From Octopus sinensis (taxonomy: Eukaryota): a stretch of DNA of 64,000 bases. Of this stretch, positions 1 to 11,547 are shown piece by piece. How positions within the stretch are numbered: the stretch's first letter is position 1; each line of letters opens with the position of its first letter. Made by a program: the position numbers and the translations under genes. The stretch lies in NCBI RefSeq assembly GCF_006345805.1, contig NC_043019.1:27899360-27963359 (forward strand), in the 5' to 3' direction. The notes beneath the pieces were generated by a model. The model made no database searches. It was not told the DNA's origin and saw only the letters and a list, made by a program, of their open reading frames with translations.

Positions 1-114
1 TGCACCAAACTATACTATAACTGTACTACCATACTGTAGTACAGCCACCACCCCTACTCTACTTTATTACCATAAGAACTTATTGTCCATTGCTTCAACC
101 ATGTCTCCATTCTC

Positions 115-362
115 ACTTACCAGTCTCCACTCACATTCAGCAGTCCACATTCTCACACTCACCAGTCCTCATTCTCACACTCACCAGTCTCCACTCCCAC
201 CAGTCTCCATTCTCACTCACCAGTCTCTACTTACACTTGCCAGTTTCTACTCACACTTAAGCTTCCATTCTCACTAACCAGTCTCCACTCACACTCACCA
301 GTTTCCATTCTCACACTCTCCAGTCTCCACTCACACTTACCGCACTTCACATCTCAACCAGT
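115..362. repeat. Degenerate C/T-rich minisatellite (accagtctcca-ttctcactc units)
   Basis: Recurring ccagtctcc/attctcac motifs every 15-25 bp. Confidence 0.7.
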
Positions 363-398
363 GCATATCTCATGTTGTCTTTCTTCTCTCTCCCTCAG

Positions 399-470
399 AG
401 CACCGGAGTCAAAGTGAATAATGTCTTCAATGATTTCATTATGCTGGCCAACTCACAGTTTGTGGAAAAC
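399..470 (+). CDS. WASHC2: WASHC2 coding exon (STGVKVNNVFNDFIMLANSQFVEN)
   Basis: Polypyrimidine tract + cag acceptor (397-398), gtaatg donor at 471; 72 nt, phase 0/0; highly conserved FAM21 motif. Confidence 0.95.
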
Positions 471-619
471 GTAATGTATCCTTAATCCCTTAATCTTTTT
501 CTTAATCTCTTTTCTACTTCTTTTTTTCCTTTATGGACACAGAGGTACATGGAAAAAAACATGCATGCATAATCATCATCATTTAACATCAAAGACAAAG
601 TATTTGTCAAGAATAGGTT

Positions 620-663
620 GACTGTGACTTCGAAGTTTCGGCCTGCTTATCCTTCAGCGGACA
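620..663 (-). ncRNA. Degenerate type I hammerhead ribozyme motif (core CCGCUGA, helix III palindrome ACUUCGAAGU, GUC site)
   Basis: Minus strand: tgt|ccgctga|a gg..cc|gaaa|cttcgaag|tc|aca; stems I and II are only 3 and 2 bp. Confidence 0.45.
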
Positions 664-1363
664 CTGTCCAAAACTTCAAAGTCACTGTCAACATCCCCTC
701 CTTTCTGTTGAAAGGCACAAGCACTTTCACACACATGTATACACATGACGGGAAGCTCCAACTGCCCAAGTCAATTACAAGGTTTCAGTCTACCTTTTCC
801 ACAGGTCCCCTCGATATATATGTATAATTTAGTATCCGCCACACTAATAGGAGGTTCCAGAGTTTACAGGATAAATATCAGGATAACATCTAGTTTGACT
901 TTTGAGTATCAATCAATATTCTTCTTAAATTAAACTGTTTTTTTTATAAACTACAGCAACACATACAAGGCATAGAAACTGCATATGATCTAAAACTCAA
1001 TTATACAGAAAAAAATTCGAATTACCCTCATAAATAAGTTCTTCATACCACATATATTAAATTTAATTGAATTAAATTTAATTTGATGTGTGGTAAGAAG
1101 CTTGCTTCCCAACCATGTGGTTCCGAGTTCAGTCCCTTGTGAGTGGATTTGGTAGACGGAAACTGAAAGAAGCCCATGATTATCATCATCATTGTTTAAC
1201 ATGCATCTTCCACGCATGCATGGGTAGGACAGTTGATGGAAGCTGGCCAGGTAGAAAAAGTACCCTAGGCTATTGTGTCTGCTTTGACAGGGATTTTACA
1301 GCTGGATACCCTTCCTAATAACACATCATATATGTGTGTGTGTATATATATATATATATATGT

Positions 1364-1812
1364 ATCAATGGAAATTGCAGATGTGTTACCAGTGCCGGTG
1401 GCATGTCGAAACTCTACTTGTGAAGACCTGTTGAGGCAAGTGAGGATCAGAATTGAAATCGATCAATGGAAATTGCAGATGTGTTACCAGTGCCGGTGGC
1501 ATGTAAGAGAACCTTCCGTTTCGCAACCGTTGCCAGCGCCGCCCCGACTGGCCTCGTGCCGGTGGCACATAAAAAGCACCATCCGTTCGTGGCCGTTTGC
1601 CAGCTCTGTCTGGCACCTGTGCGGGTGGCACGTAAAAAGCACCCACTACACTCACAGAGTGGTTGGCGTTAGGAAGGGCATCCAGCCGTAGAAACACTGC
1701 CAGATTTGACTGGGCCTGATGAAGCCTTCTGGCTTCACAGACCCCAGTAGAACCGTCCAACCCATGCTAGCATGGAAAGCGGACGCTAAACGATGATGAT
1801 GATGATGATGAT
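1364..1812 (+). mobile_element. RTE-family LINE 3' UTR copy with internal tandem subunits and (GAT)n tail
   Basis: Shares GGTTGGCGTTAGGAAGGGCATCCAGC...GGACGTTAAACGATGATG with more than 15 copies in the window; longer copies (21909, 61020) carry the ORF end GLTEAMTxDRDLW.YA..EKT. Confidence 0.7.
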
Positions 1813-2744
1813 ATGTATATATATTTGTGTGTTTGTCCCCTTACCATCACTTGACAACCAATGCTAGTGTGTTTAGGTCCCCATAACTTAGTGGTTCAGA
1901 AAAAGAGAATGATAGAATATGTACCAAGCTTAGAAGAAAATAAGTCCCGGGGCCAATTTGGTCAACTAAAGCTCTTTAAGGTGGTGCTCCAGCATGACCA
2001 CAGTCAAATGACTGAAACAAGTAAAAGAATTTAATCTCATTTAGTGGTTAGCTGTTGTACAAAACATTGGAAAATCCCCAACTGAAGATTCACTTTGACC
2101 TACTTAAATGTCTAAAACTCACATTCCATACTTAAACCTAAGGTCAGGATAAGATCAACTGCATAGTAATGTTTATAGCCATATCAAGTTTCTAAATCTT
2201 CTTCTGGCTTTCTTTTTTTTTTCTCTCAAAAACCATAGTAGCCTGGCAAAAGAATGTTAGGCATTCATGAATGCTTTCAAGTTCACTTTGAGCCACATCA
2301 GTGAACAGACTTTGAATAAAGTTGCAGAGTCAAAAATAGCTGGAGGCAAATGAAACTGTTGGTTCTTTATGCAACAGAAACACGTATTGGTCATATTTAA
2401 GCCAAATATTCTGTATAATTGACTAGGAATCAAAAATATGCAGATGTGCTAATCACCATATTCATTGCAATTGTCTTATATAGTCCACTCTCATGAGTGG
2501 TTGGCATTAAGGGCTTCCAGCCATAAAAATCATACCAAAGTATAGATAATGGGACTTGGTGCAGTCCACTGGCTTACCAGCTCCTGTCAAACCATCCAAC
2601 ACGTCTTCACTGGCATCCTTCTCACCATCACTGCATCTTTCATCACCACCACCATCTTCATCACCATCATTGTCGCTCTCACCACCACCATCACCATTCT
2701 CACTACTATCAACACCATCACCATATTCTTCAATCTTCTTTCAG

Positions 2745-2804
2745 CGTGTTTATGATGATGATGTCAGTGGAAAAGAAACTACAACAAACAACAATAAGGA
2801 ACCA
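2745..2804 (+). CDS. WASHC2: WASHC2 coding exon (RVYDDDVSGKETTTNNNKEP)
   Basis: tttcag acceptor, gtaagt donor; 60 nt, phase 0/0; continues QFVEN|RVYD motif. Confidence 0.92.
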
Positions 2805-3027
2805 GTAAGTAATCAGAAAAATATTCTCCACATTATGGTTTGGCTTCTTTTAAACACAAATTTTTGTTCTATTTTGTTCTAAATCTTTTACTTGTTCTGT
2901 TTTTCTTTTTTGTTTTTCATCCTGTCAGGCTGGATAAAATATGCACCAGTTAAGCATTGTGGGTGAATGTACTTGATTAACTCTCTTCCCTCCCAAATTT
3001 CAGGGCTTGAGCCTATAGTAGGAACGC

Positions 3028-3640
3028 TTATTACCTCCACCTTAGTGAAGGCAGAGGTATTGTTTTCAGTTGTGTTTGTTTGTCTGCCCGTGGACAAGAT
3101 ATCTCAAGAACCACTGGATGGATTCTAATAAAACTTTCAGGGAGGTTTGGCCTTGTAACTGGCACAAACTGATTAGATCTGGGATTGAGTGTGTGCAACG
3201 ATGTTGTTAAACCTCCATTAACAGCACCGTATGCTGGTCCTTTCTGTTTTCTTTCATGCATGGATAAATTTTTCACTATAGACCTTAATGGTCATAAAGA
3301 CACTATAATAGTGGCTAGACTAACAAAAATCTTCATAGAGAAAACTGTCCCTGTTCTCACTGCAGACGACACACATGGCATTACAAACACAGCCTTCACA
3401 CCCACCTTCACATTCCATGATTACCATTGGGCTCGATCAGGTACTGGACAAGGATTCTGGATTATTTTTCCAGTTTTATCACTTAATTTTTGAGAGTGGT
3501 CAGGTTCATTTTTAGTATTCTCGTATGTGAGAGCAGTTGGGTTTATTTCAGATATTCACATCTTAAAAATCATCTCCAGCTAAGAGAGGATGTTGGTGTT
3601 GCTCTGGTGGCGGTTTGCACTCTCTGAGTGCTCCTGTTAT
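3028..3640 (-). mobile_element. Helentron-like non-autonomous element carrying an internal Gypsy fragment
   Basis: Homologous to 22960-23325. Subterminal ACCTCCGCC-like motif near the 5' end and a 3' hairpin acctccacc-ttagtgaa-ggcagaggt followed by taataa. Confidence 0.55.
3186..3345 (+). mobile_element. Ty3/Gypsy integrase C-terminal (GPY/F module) remnant
   Basis: Translation KPPLTAPYAGPFCFLSCMDKFFTIDLNGHKDTIIVARL resembles the Gypsy consensus RPPLxxPYDGPFxVLxRxDKxFTIDxNGxxDTVSIDRLK. Confidence 0.75.
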
Positions 3641-4397
3641 CATTGTTATTAAGACAGTGAGTTGGCAGAATCGTTAGCATGCCGGGCAAAATGCTTAGTG
3701 GCATTTCATCCATCCTTACGTTCTGAGTTCAAATTCCACTAAAGTCGACTTTGCCTGCCATCCTTTCAGGATCAATGAAATAAGTAGCAGTTGAGCACTG
3801 GGGTTGATGTAATCGACTAGCCCCTCCCCACAAATTTCAGGCCTTGTCCTCTTTGTAGAAAGGGTTATTATTATTATTATCATTATCAAGGTGGCAAGCA
3901 GGCAGAATTGTTAGCACACTGGATAAAATTCTTAGCTGTATTTCATCTGTTTTCACATTCTGAGTTCAAATTCTGCTTGGGTTGATTTTGCCTTTCATCC
4001 TTTTGGAGTCAATAAATTAAGTACCAGTGAAATACTGGGGTCAATGTAATCAACTATCCCCTCCACTCAAATTTTAGACCTTGTACCTATAGTAGAAAAG
4101 ATTATTATTATTCATTTGACTAACTTGGAACATGTATTCTTTCACTTATAGAAGACTCAAATTTTCTTTGGTAAAATAGTCAATCTGCTCTCAACAGCCT
4201 CTCCATTGAGGCTTTGCTACATGTTCATCTGTTGGAACTACGAGAACAGTTGAATTATTCTGCATAAAGTGTGACTCGTGACTTGTATGGTGACTTTGTT
4301 TAAAGTGAAGAAGACTCATGCCCCATAAACCTCACTTTCTTGTCTGTCACCATCTTCAATCCAGTGGTATCTTACAAATGTCCTTTGTTTGTTGTAG

Positions 4398-4571
4398 GAA
4401 ATGAGTAAAGAAGAAAGAGAAGTAATGATGGTCCAGAAAATTGCTCAAGCTGTCAATTCAGGTCTGAATGTTATTGATGAGTCATTTGAAAAACTTGATA
4501 CCAATGCTGGGAACTCTGAGTCAGAAGATGATGATGCTACCTATACTGTGGATCCAATCTTTGAAGCAAAG
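4398..4571 (+). CDS. WASHC2: WASHC2 coding exon (EMSKEEREVMMVQKIAQAVNSGLNVIDESFEKLDTNAGNSESEDDD...IFEAK)
   Basis: ttgtag acceptor, gtaaac donor; 174 nt; matches FAM21 AVNxGLxVLDxAFExLDxxAGNSDSE. Confidence 0.95.
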
Positions 4572-4639
4572 GTAAACACATACACACACCTATATATATT
4601 TATATTAATCCAAATATACAGTATTATAGATCCATCTCA

Positions 4640-4950
4640 TCCAATCTTACCAATTGATTTCCATATCTGCCTTCTCTGAGGAGCATGTGATTCAGTTAAC
4701 TTCCCTGTTACCTAATACCCAGTGTGAAACTGATTGGTAAGATCAGCTGAAATGGATCTGTGAGACAGATTCTTCAAGTGAAGTCAACCAGCAGGAGACC
4801 TAGGGAGTAGACCAAGAATGAGATGATTGAGTAATATCCAAAGTCTCAGTTGGTCAGGCTTGGGAATCCAGCCAGAAAGTATAATGACAATTGCTTCTGA
4901 TAGAACCCTCCTTGGAATAGTGGACAGAAAAGACGAGATGGGGCAGATAC
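4640..4950 (+). mobile_element. Degenerate RTE-clade LINE, ORF C-terminus
   Basis: RRPR(G)RPRMR*LSNIQSLSWSGLGIQP resembles the RTE C-terminal PRGRPRTRW..I..LAW.RLG motif. Confidence 0.55.
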
Positions 4951-5077
4951 CAAATATGACCGGTTGACCTTAAAATCAAACGACCTTTCATCTGACAAGT
5001 TAGTTCTAGTTAATGGTTCTAAAAAAAGGTTGTTTTTTCTTCATTGATTTTTCCTACTCCTTACTTTCTGTTTTTTT

Positions 5078-5450
5078 TTTTACTTGAGTCATTTTGACTG
5101 CGGCCATGCTGTAGCACCACCATTTATTAAGCAACTCGACCCCAGAACTTATTCTTTGTAAGTCCAGTACTTATTCTATCGGTCTCTTTTGCCGAACCGC
5201 TAAGTGACGGGGACATAAAGATACCAGCATCGGTTGTCAAGCAATGCTAGGGGGACAAACACAGACACACAAACATACACGCACATACATATATATATAT
5301 ATATACATATATACGACGGGCTTCTTTCAGTTTCCGTCCACCAAATCCACTCTCAAGGCTTTGGTCGACCCAAGGTGCCACGCAGTGGGACTGAACCCGG
5401 AACCATGTGGTTGGTAAACAAGCTACTTACCACACAACCACTCCTGCGCC
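5078..5450 (-). mobile_element. tRNA-derived SINE family A (near full length, internal microsatellite)
   Basis: Head GGCGCAGGAGTGGCTGTGTGGTAAG...GGTTCAGTCCC (A/B boxes), CORE-like ACCTTGGGCAAG in other copies, tail GCATGGCCGCAGTCAAATGACTGAAACAAGTAAAA; more than 20 copies in window. Confidence 0.85.
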
Positions 5451-5506
5451 TGTATGTGTAACTTTTCTGATTTTTTTTTCTTTTTTATAATTCTTTACTT
5501 TGACAG

Positions 5507-5597
5507 GATCCTTACATTCATCGGCCACTTCCATTCCTAATTGGTAGCAATGATTTCATGCGAGATGACAATGTTGGACTCATAGAGATTTTCTCAG
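5507..5597 (+). CDS. WASHC2: WASHC2 coding exon (DPYIHRPLPFLIGSNDFMRDDNVGLIEIFS)
   Basis: ttgacag acceptor, gtaagt donor; 91 nt, ends phase 1; matches FAM21 RPLPYLIGS motif. Confidence 0.95.
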
Positions 5598-5839
5598 GTA
5601 AGTTTCAAGGAATAAACTGATGGTGGTCAATTGACCATTGGACAAAATACTTTGTGGTTTTCTTTTTAGTTAAGTTACTTTCCATCATGAACTCAAACTC
5701 CACATCGTCCTAGATAGATTTACTTTCTATACTACTGCATTCACTAACATAGCTAGAGGTGGCGTGGAGGAGAATTCATATACTCTATAATGTGTTTGTT
5801 TTATTAAACTGCCGGTGAAGGTGATGAAAGAAGATGATT

Positions 5840-6080
5840 GATGATGCTACAAAGGATGGTGGCATGAGGAATAAAGAACCCATTGGAGGATAGTATTAAG
5901 AATGTAAACTCAAAGTGGAGGACTGAGATGGGGAAGGAGGAGGAGACGAAGAATAATGGTAACTAGAGAATGTCAGAAATGATGACACAAAGTGGAGTGG
6001 ATTGCAGAGATGAGATCCACCTGGTGATGGACGATAGCAATTAGGAGGAGGTCTATTCTGATGACAAATATAAGACATCG
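5840..6080 (-). mobile_element. Possible highly degenerate LINE endonuclease-region remnant
   Basis: Pyrimidine-rich minus strand with CYRPS (YRPP-like) motif; weak. Confidence 0.3.
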
Positions 6081-6230
6081 TACTTTACTGCATGGACATG
6101 ACTAAACACATTTTTTCCAAATCTGAATAATTTCAAAGTTTTTTTTTGTTTTTTTTTTGTGTGTGTGTGTGTATTTTCTTCCCATCTCTATGTCTCATTC
6201 TCTCTTTACCTCTCTCTCTCCCCTTATCAG

Positions 6231-6316
6231 AAGAAGATGATGGTGAAACTGACCACGGCAGCTTGAGTGATGACTCCGAACCTGAGAAGGGTAAACTGGA
6301 CCAGATTGAATCTGAG
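6231..6316 (+). CDS. WASHC2: WASHC2 coding exon (EEDDGETDHGSLSDDSEPEKGKLDQIESE)
   Basis: ttatcag acceptor, gtaagt donor; 86 nt, phase 1/0, frame-compatible, acidic. Confidence 0.88.
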
Positions 6317-6611
6317 GTAAGTTTGAGGTGATGAAAATGGAGACTCAGTGTGTGTGTGTATGTGCACAGGTGTGCATATGCATACACACACATACACACA
6401 CATATCCACACTGTTTTACTTCACATGCATATATCACATCACACTCCATGTACACATACGACATACCTATACACATGCATACATTACATCACACTCCACA
6501 CATGCACGCACATCCTGTTCTACTCACACAAATACACACACACATCACTCTACACTCATACACACTCACACAAGCCACACATGAGTAATTTCTCTGTTCT
6601 GTATTTGCCAG

Positions 6612-6683
6612 TACACTGATGAAGATATGGACTATGATGATACTGCCCCTCCATCCAAGAGGAAGAGCACCAGGGCAACTGAG
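6612..6683 (+). CDS. WASHC2: WASHC2 coding exon (YTDEDMDYDDTAPPSKRKSTRATE)
   Basis: ttgccag acceptor, gtaggt donor; 72 nt, phase 0/0. Confidence 0.82.
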
Positions 6684-7004
6684 GTAGGTCAACCTGTTCA
6701 GAAATGTAAACTCACTTTTCAGAGCACCTTTCAGGCATGGCTGTGTGGTAAGAAGTTAGCTTCCCAACCACATGGTCCTAGGTTCAGTCCCACTGCATGT
6801 CACCCTGGGCATGTGTCCTCTACTGTAGCCCCCAGGCTGACCAAAGCCTTGAGTGAATTTTGTGGACAGAAGCAGAAAGAAGCCTGTCATATATAGGACA
6901 GTGAAGCACAACAAAATCCTCTGGTTCACCAAACCCTACCAAGCTGTCCAACCTGTGGAAGACAAACATTAAACAGTGATAGCGGTGGTGGTGACAGAAT
7001 CGAA

Positions 7005-7235
7005 GGCGGTGAGCTGGCAGAATCGTTAACATGCCGGGCGAAATGCTTAGCGGTATTTCGTCTGCCTCTACGTTCTGAGTTCAAATTCCACCGAGGTCGA
7101 CTTTGCCTTTCATCCTTTCGGGGTCGATAAATTAAGTACCAGTTACGCACTGGGGTCGATGTAATCGATTTAATCCATTTGTCTGTCCTTGTTTGTCCCC
7201 TCTGTGTTTAGCCCCTTGTGGGTAGTAAAGAAATA
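7005..7235 (+). mobile_element. tRNA-derived SINE family B (young subtype)
   Basis: GGCGGTGAGCTGGCAGAATCGTTAGC head; core GCCTTTCATCCTTTCGGGGTCGATAAATTAAGTACCAG, resembling the Meta-SINE domain from memory; near-identical to 11850-12072. Confidence 0.85.
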
Positions 7236-7323
7236 GGTGGTGATGGTGTCACAGTGTTTACGTGTGTGCATACACACTCACAAACACACACATTTGGGTG
7301 AGAGAGAGAGTGTACTATGCACT

Positions 7324-7355
<32 letters not shown>

Positions 7356-7804
7356 CATCAGACCAGTGAAGTAGTATTTGTGACTGTTGCCAGCGTCATG
7401 TAAATGTCACCTGGGAAATTGTAATCATGGCTGTTGCCAGTAGCAGGATCTGTGAATGTTAGGCCTCGTGGAGATGGCGAGGCATGATCTTCAAATATTG
7501 GGCCTCACAGAGATGACAAGTGACTGAGACCTTTGGCAAGACACACTGTGGTTTGAGAAAGATTTAGCTACTATTTCTAGCTAGTTGGACAACTGTAAAA
7601 TTTCTCTTGATATATTAATGTGTATATATAGTGTGTTTTAATGCTATTGGAAGCTTCTCATGTCCACATTGAAGAATGTCGTCTACATCTCAAAACCAAT
7701 ATAGATGTCTCTGGTGAGCAACCAGAAGTGGTTCTGGGATACAATGGTCACAGTCTTTCTTGCTCTCTCTCTCTCCCTCCCTCCCTCTCTTTCTATATAA
7801 TTTA

Positions 7805-7942
7805 TATATATATATGTATGTATGTATGTATATATATGTATGTATGTATATATATGTATGTATGTGTATATATGTATGTATGTATATGTATGTATGTATG
7901 TATATGTATGTATATATATGTATGTATGTATGTATATATATG

Positions 7943-7981
<39 letters not shown>

Positions 7982-8030
7982 GTATGTATATATATGTATG
8001 TATGTATATATGTATGTATATATATATATG

Positions 8031-8062
<32 letters not shown>

Positions 8063-8100
8063 TGTGTATGTATGTGTATATATATGTATGTATGTTTATT
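7805..8100. repeat. (TATG/TA)n microsatellite
   Basis: Direct inspection. Confidence 0.95.
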
Positions 8101-8287
8101 TATTTTATTTATTTATTTATTCTGCCTTGTCTATATCTCAAATTCATTAATTAGTTTGGATTTCTTAATTAAATAACTAATCTGTATGTAAAGATGTATC
8201 TCTTAATTAAATTACCAATCCATATGTAACAACCTGTCTCTTAACCAATCTTATGTAATAAACAATTGAATGTTCTTTCGTTGACAG

Positions 8288-8476
8288 TCAACCTATGATT
8301 CAGAGGACAGTGACGGTGATTTGTTTGGAACTAAAGATTCCCAAAGTGGATCTGACGATGAGGAAGACGACAGCTTTGAGAAGAAGAAGAAGCCGCCAAA
8401 AGTTGACCGCAGTTTTAGCGACGAAGATGAAGATGAGGAAGAGGAGGAGAATGAAGACAAAGGAAGTACTCCTGAG
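8288..8476 (+). CDS. WASHC2: WASHC2 coding exon (STYDSEDSDGDLFGTKDSQSGSDDEEDDSFEKKKK...GSTPE)
   Basis: ttgacag acceptor, gtaatt donor; 189 nt, phase 0/0; acidic with DLF. Confidence 0.88.
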
Positions 8477-9186
8477 GTAATTTTTCTTTCCTCTGCTAGA
8501 ATAGCAAAACTAAGGAGTATAACAAGGCTTAGATTGTTTAACTTGTAGTACTTTCAAAATACTCTGTAAGGCATGGCTGTGTGGTAAGAAGCTTGCTTCT
8601 GGAGCCATATGATCCCAGGTTCAGTCCCACTGCGTGGCACCTTGGACAAGTGTCTTCTACTATGGCCTCAGGCCAATCAAAGCCTTGTGAGTGGATTTGG
8701 TAGACGGAAACTGAAAGAAGCCCATCATATGTATATATCTAAGTGTGTGAGTTTTTATGCCTGTGTTTGTACCCCACCACTGCTTGGCAACTGGTGTTGC
8801 TGTGTTTATGTTCCTGTAACTAAGTGGTTCAGCAAAAGAGACAAGTCCTGGGGTGTTATGGCGAGAGTTTTTCAAGATGGAAAGATTTGCTATTTGGTTG
8901 CTATTTTTAGTATGCCAAATGACCACATAGAAGCCTCCTATTTGGTTCTTAACAAGTATGATGATATGGGGCAACAAATGGTCCTAGATTAATTAGGACC
9001 ATGTAGTATGGTAACATAGAGGCTAAGGTGGTCCTTGATTTGATAGGTGCAGGATTAGTTAATACAAGGAGTATGGTAACATAGGGACTGAGGTAATCCC
9101 TGATTGGTTGGCATTAAAAGAGTTAAAAACATATTTCTTTTCTTAATTCCATTCACAACATAAAGTTTGGTTTTTCTTCCTTCTAG

Positions 9187-9253
9187 AAGCCTTTCAACAA
9201 AAGTAGTCTCCAGGCTGAGCTTGCGGCCAGACTAGGAGTTCCAGAAAGAAAAG
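9187..9253 (+). CDS. WASHC2: WASHC2 coding exon (KPFNKSSLQAELAARLGVPERK)
   Basis: ttctag acceptor, gtcagt donor; 67 nt; ELAARL matches conserved FAM21 DELAARI. Confidence 0.9.
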
Positions 9254-9268
9254 GTCAGTCATCTCATC

Positions 9269-9312
<44 letters not shown>

Positions 9313-9464
9313 GGCGTTAGGAAGGGCATCCAGCTGTAGAAACACTGCCAGATCTGACTGGCCTGGTGCAGCCTTCGGGCTTGCCAGACCCCAGTTGAAC
9401 CGTCCAACCCATGCTAGCATGGAAAGCGGACGTTAAACGATGATGATGATGATGATGATTATTA

Positions 9465-10060
9465 AGGATCATTAGCACACCAGGCGAAATGCTTAGCGGC
9501 ATTTTGTCTGTTGCTACATTCTGCGTTCAAATTCCGCCAAGGTCAACTTTGCCTTTCATCCTTTTGGGGGTCGATGAAGTAAGTACCAGTTATGCACTGG
9601 GGTTGATGTAATCAACTACCCACTCCACTCCCAAATTTCAGGCTTTGTACCTATAATAGAAAGCTGGCAGAATCATTAGCATGGCAGGTAAAATGCTTAG
9701 CAGAATTCATCCATCTTTACGTTCTGAGTTCAAATTCTGCTGAGGTCAACTTTGCCTTTCATCCTTTTGAACACTAGGGTTGATGTAATTGATTCTCATC
9801 CCATCCCTCAAAATTTGCTGCCCTTGTGGCAAACTTTGAAACCAGTGAGCTGGCAGAATCGTTAGCACACTGGGCAAAATGCTTAGCAGCATCTCGTCTG
9901 TCTTTACATTCTGAGTTCAAATTCCACTGAGGTCGACTTTGCCTTTCATTCTTTCAGGGGTCAATAAAATAAGTACCAGTTATGCACTGGGTTCAGTGTA
10001 TTCGACTTGCCCCTCTCCTCAAATTTCAGGACTTGTTCCTATAGTAGTAAAGATTATTAT
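9465..10060 (+). mobile_element. Head-to-tail array of about three SINE family B copies
   Basis: Repeated ctgagttcaaattcc...gcctttcatcc...gtaccag...gccttg. Confidence 0.8.
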
Positions 10061-10078
10061 TTTTATTATTATTACCAC

Positions 10079-10470
10079 AGGTGCAGGAGTGGCTGTGTGG
10101 TAAGTAGTTTGCTTACCAACCACATGGTCCCGGGTTCATTCCCACTGTGTGGCACCTTGGGCAAGTGTCTTCTACTATAGCCTCGAGCCAACCAAAGCCT
10201 TGTGAGTGGATTTGGTAGATGAAAACTGAAAGAAGCCTGTCTTATATATGTATATATATATATATGTTTGTGTGTCTGTGTTTGTCCCCCCCACTTAGCT
10301 TGACAACTGATGGTGGTGTGTTTGCGTCCCTGTAACTTAGCGGTTCGGCAAAAGAAACCGATAGAATAAGTACTAGGCTTACAAAGAATAAGTCTTGGGG
10401 TCGATTTGCTTGACTAAAGGTGGTGTTCCAGCATGGCCACAGTCAAATGACTGAAACAAGTAAAAGAGTA
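10079..10470 (+). mobile_element. SINE family A, full length
   Basis: Colinear with 5078-5450, 26717-27110, 50212-50560. Confidence 0.85.
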
Positions 10471-10598
10471 TTAATATTATTAATAATGATAATAATAATA
10501 ATTTACGAATATTGATGTAACTCTTCATGAATGTAAATAAGCAATAAGAAGGATGCGATATGATTTGTAATAAACAGGGATTGATTCTGTTTATTGAA

Positions 10599-10640
10599 TT
10601 GAACAATATTTCGACAGTATGTCTGTCTGCTCAGGTTCAA
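10599..10640 (-). ncRNA. Type I hammerhead ribozyme motif with G8C core change
   Basis: Minus strand: ttgaac|ctgagca|gacag-acata-ctgtc|gaaa|ta|tt|gttcaa; perfect 6-bp stem I and 5-bp stem II. Confidence 0.6.
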
Positions 10641-10789
10641 AATGAAAAAAACGCAGAAATTCAGAAATTGAAAATATGAATGGAAATAAAGTGCTGTTGC
10701 TGAATATCTCATGTTGTGAGATTTAAAAATAGTAATTTTCTAATTTATGAATGGAAATATCCTGCATTCCTTTTCTACACAGCAAAGAC

Positions 10790-11060
10790 TGATGCCATCA
10801 GTGTTTTGTTTTTTCATAACTGATAAAAAGGGGAACACCAGAGTTGATTGAGAGTCGGGTGGAAAGAGCTCTGTCAACACATTCGACAATGATATGATGT
10901 GATAGGAAGAGGTGAGGGAAGGTTGGTGCCTGTAAGTGAGAAGTCTTGATGACAGATTCGCATTCCAGACATGGTCAAGGATTTTACTGAAGTCTAAGAG
11001 CAATAACATCATGTCCTCATAACTTCTAAAGTGAGAGCTTACTGCTACATAAATTGATGT
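10790..11060 (-). mobile_element. Degenerate CR1/Jockey-group LINE reverse transcriptase fragment
   Basis: LLDFSKILDHVWNANLSSRL (LDISKAFDRVWH) and, after a frameshift, VDRALSTRLSINSGVP (RT domains 3-4). Confidence 0.7.
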
Positions 11061-11197
11061 ATAGAGTTTAAACAAGATGTGAAAACATTCAAATATTATC
11101 ACTGTTTGTCCAAATCCTACTGCACTTCACATGGAATTTTGGGTCTGAAAAGTTTAGCTTGTATGCCAGAAAATATGGTATGTATGTTTATACATGT

Positions 11198-11496
11198 AAA
11201 GGCACATGGCCTAGTGGTTAGAGCAGCAGACTCGCGATCGAGGGATCGCGGGTTCGAATCTCAGAATGGGCGATGTTTGTGTTTATGAGCAAAACACCTA
11301 AGCTCCACGCAGCTCCAGCAGAAGGTAATAGCAAACTTCTGCTGACTCTTTCGCCACAACTTTCTCTCACTCTTTCCTCCTGCATCTTGCAGCTCACCTG
11401 CGACGGACCAGCGTCCCGTCCAGGTGGGGAACCTATATGCCAAGGTAACTGGGAAACCGGCCCTATGAGCCAGGGATGGCTCGAGAAGGAACAAAC
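11198..11496 (+). mobile_element. tRNA-derived SINE (head C, V-domain-like tail)
   Basis: GGCACATGGCCTAGTGGTTAGAGC...GGTTCGAATC head; CTGCGACGGACCAGCGTCCCGTCCAGG resembles the V-SINE core from memory. Confidence 0.65.
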
Positions 11497-11547
11497 ATAT
11501 TTATACATACACAAGAAATGAACCATTTATCTTCTTTTTACCTCCAG

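Noticed and set aside
1364-1812. Repeat-spacer-like pattern of gtgccggtggcacgtaaaaagcacc units resembling a CRISPR array
   Set aside because: Intervening sequences are themselves repeated, the context is a eukaryotic retroelement UTR, and there are no cas genes.
3320-3420. Cys-rich minus-strand micro-ORF (MECEGGCEGCVCNAMCVVC...)
   Set aside because: 32 codons antisense to the Gypsy-derived insert; no evidence of function.
7641-8176. Long ORFs (110-169 aa) rich in Y/I/C/M/V, and similar ones at 32808-33349, 36107-36662, 37895-38810, 40135-40645, 44026-45369 and 59595-60241
   Set aside because: They are translations of stop-free microsatellites, with no splice or homology support.
10079-10150. 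tRNA-like sequences at SINE heads (also 7005, 11201, 45714)
   Set aside because: A/B boxes are present but there is no complete cloverleaf, and each continues into a SINE body.
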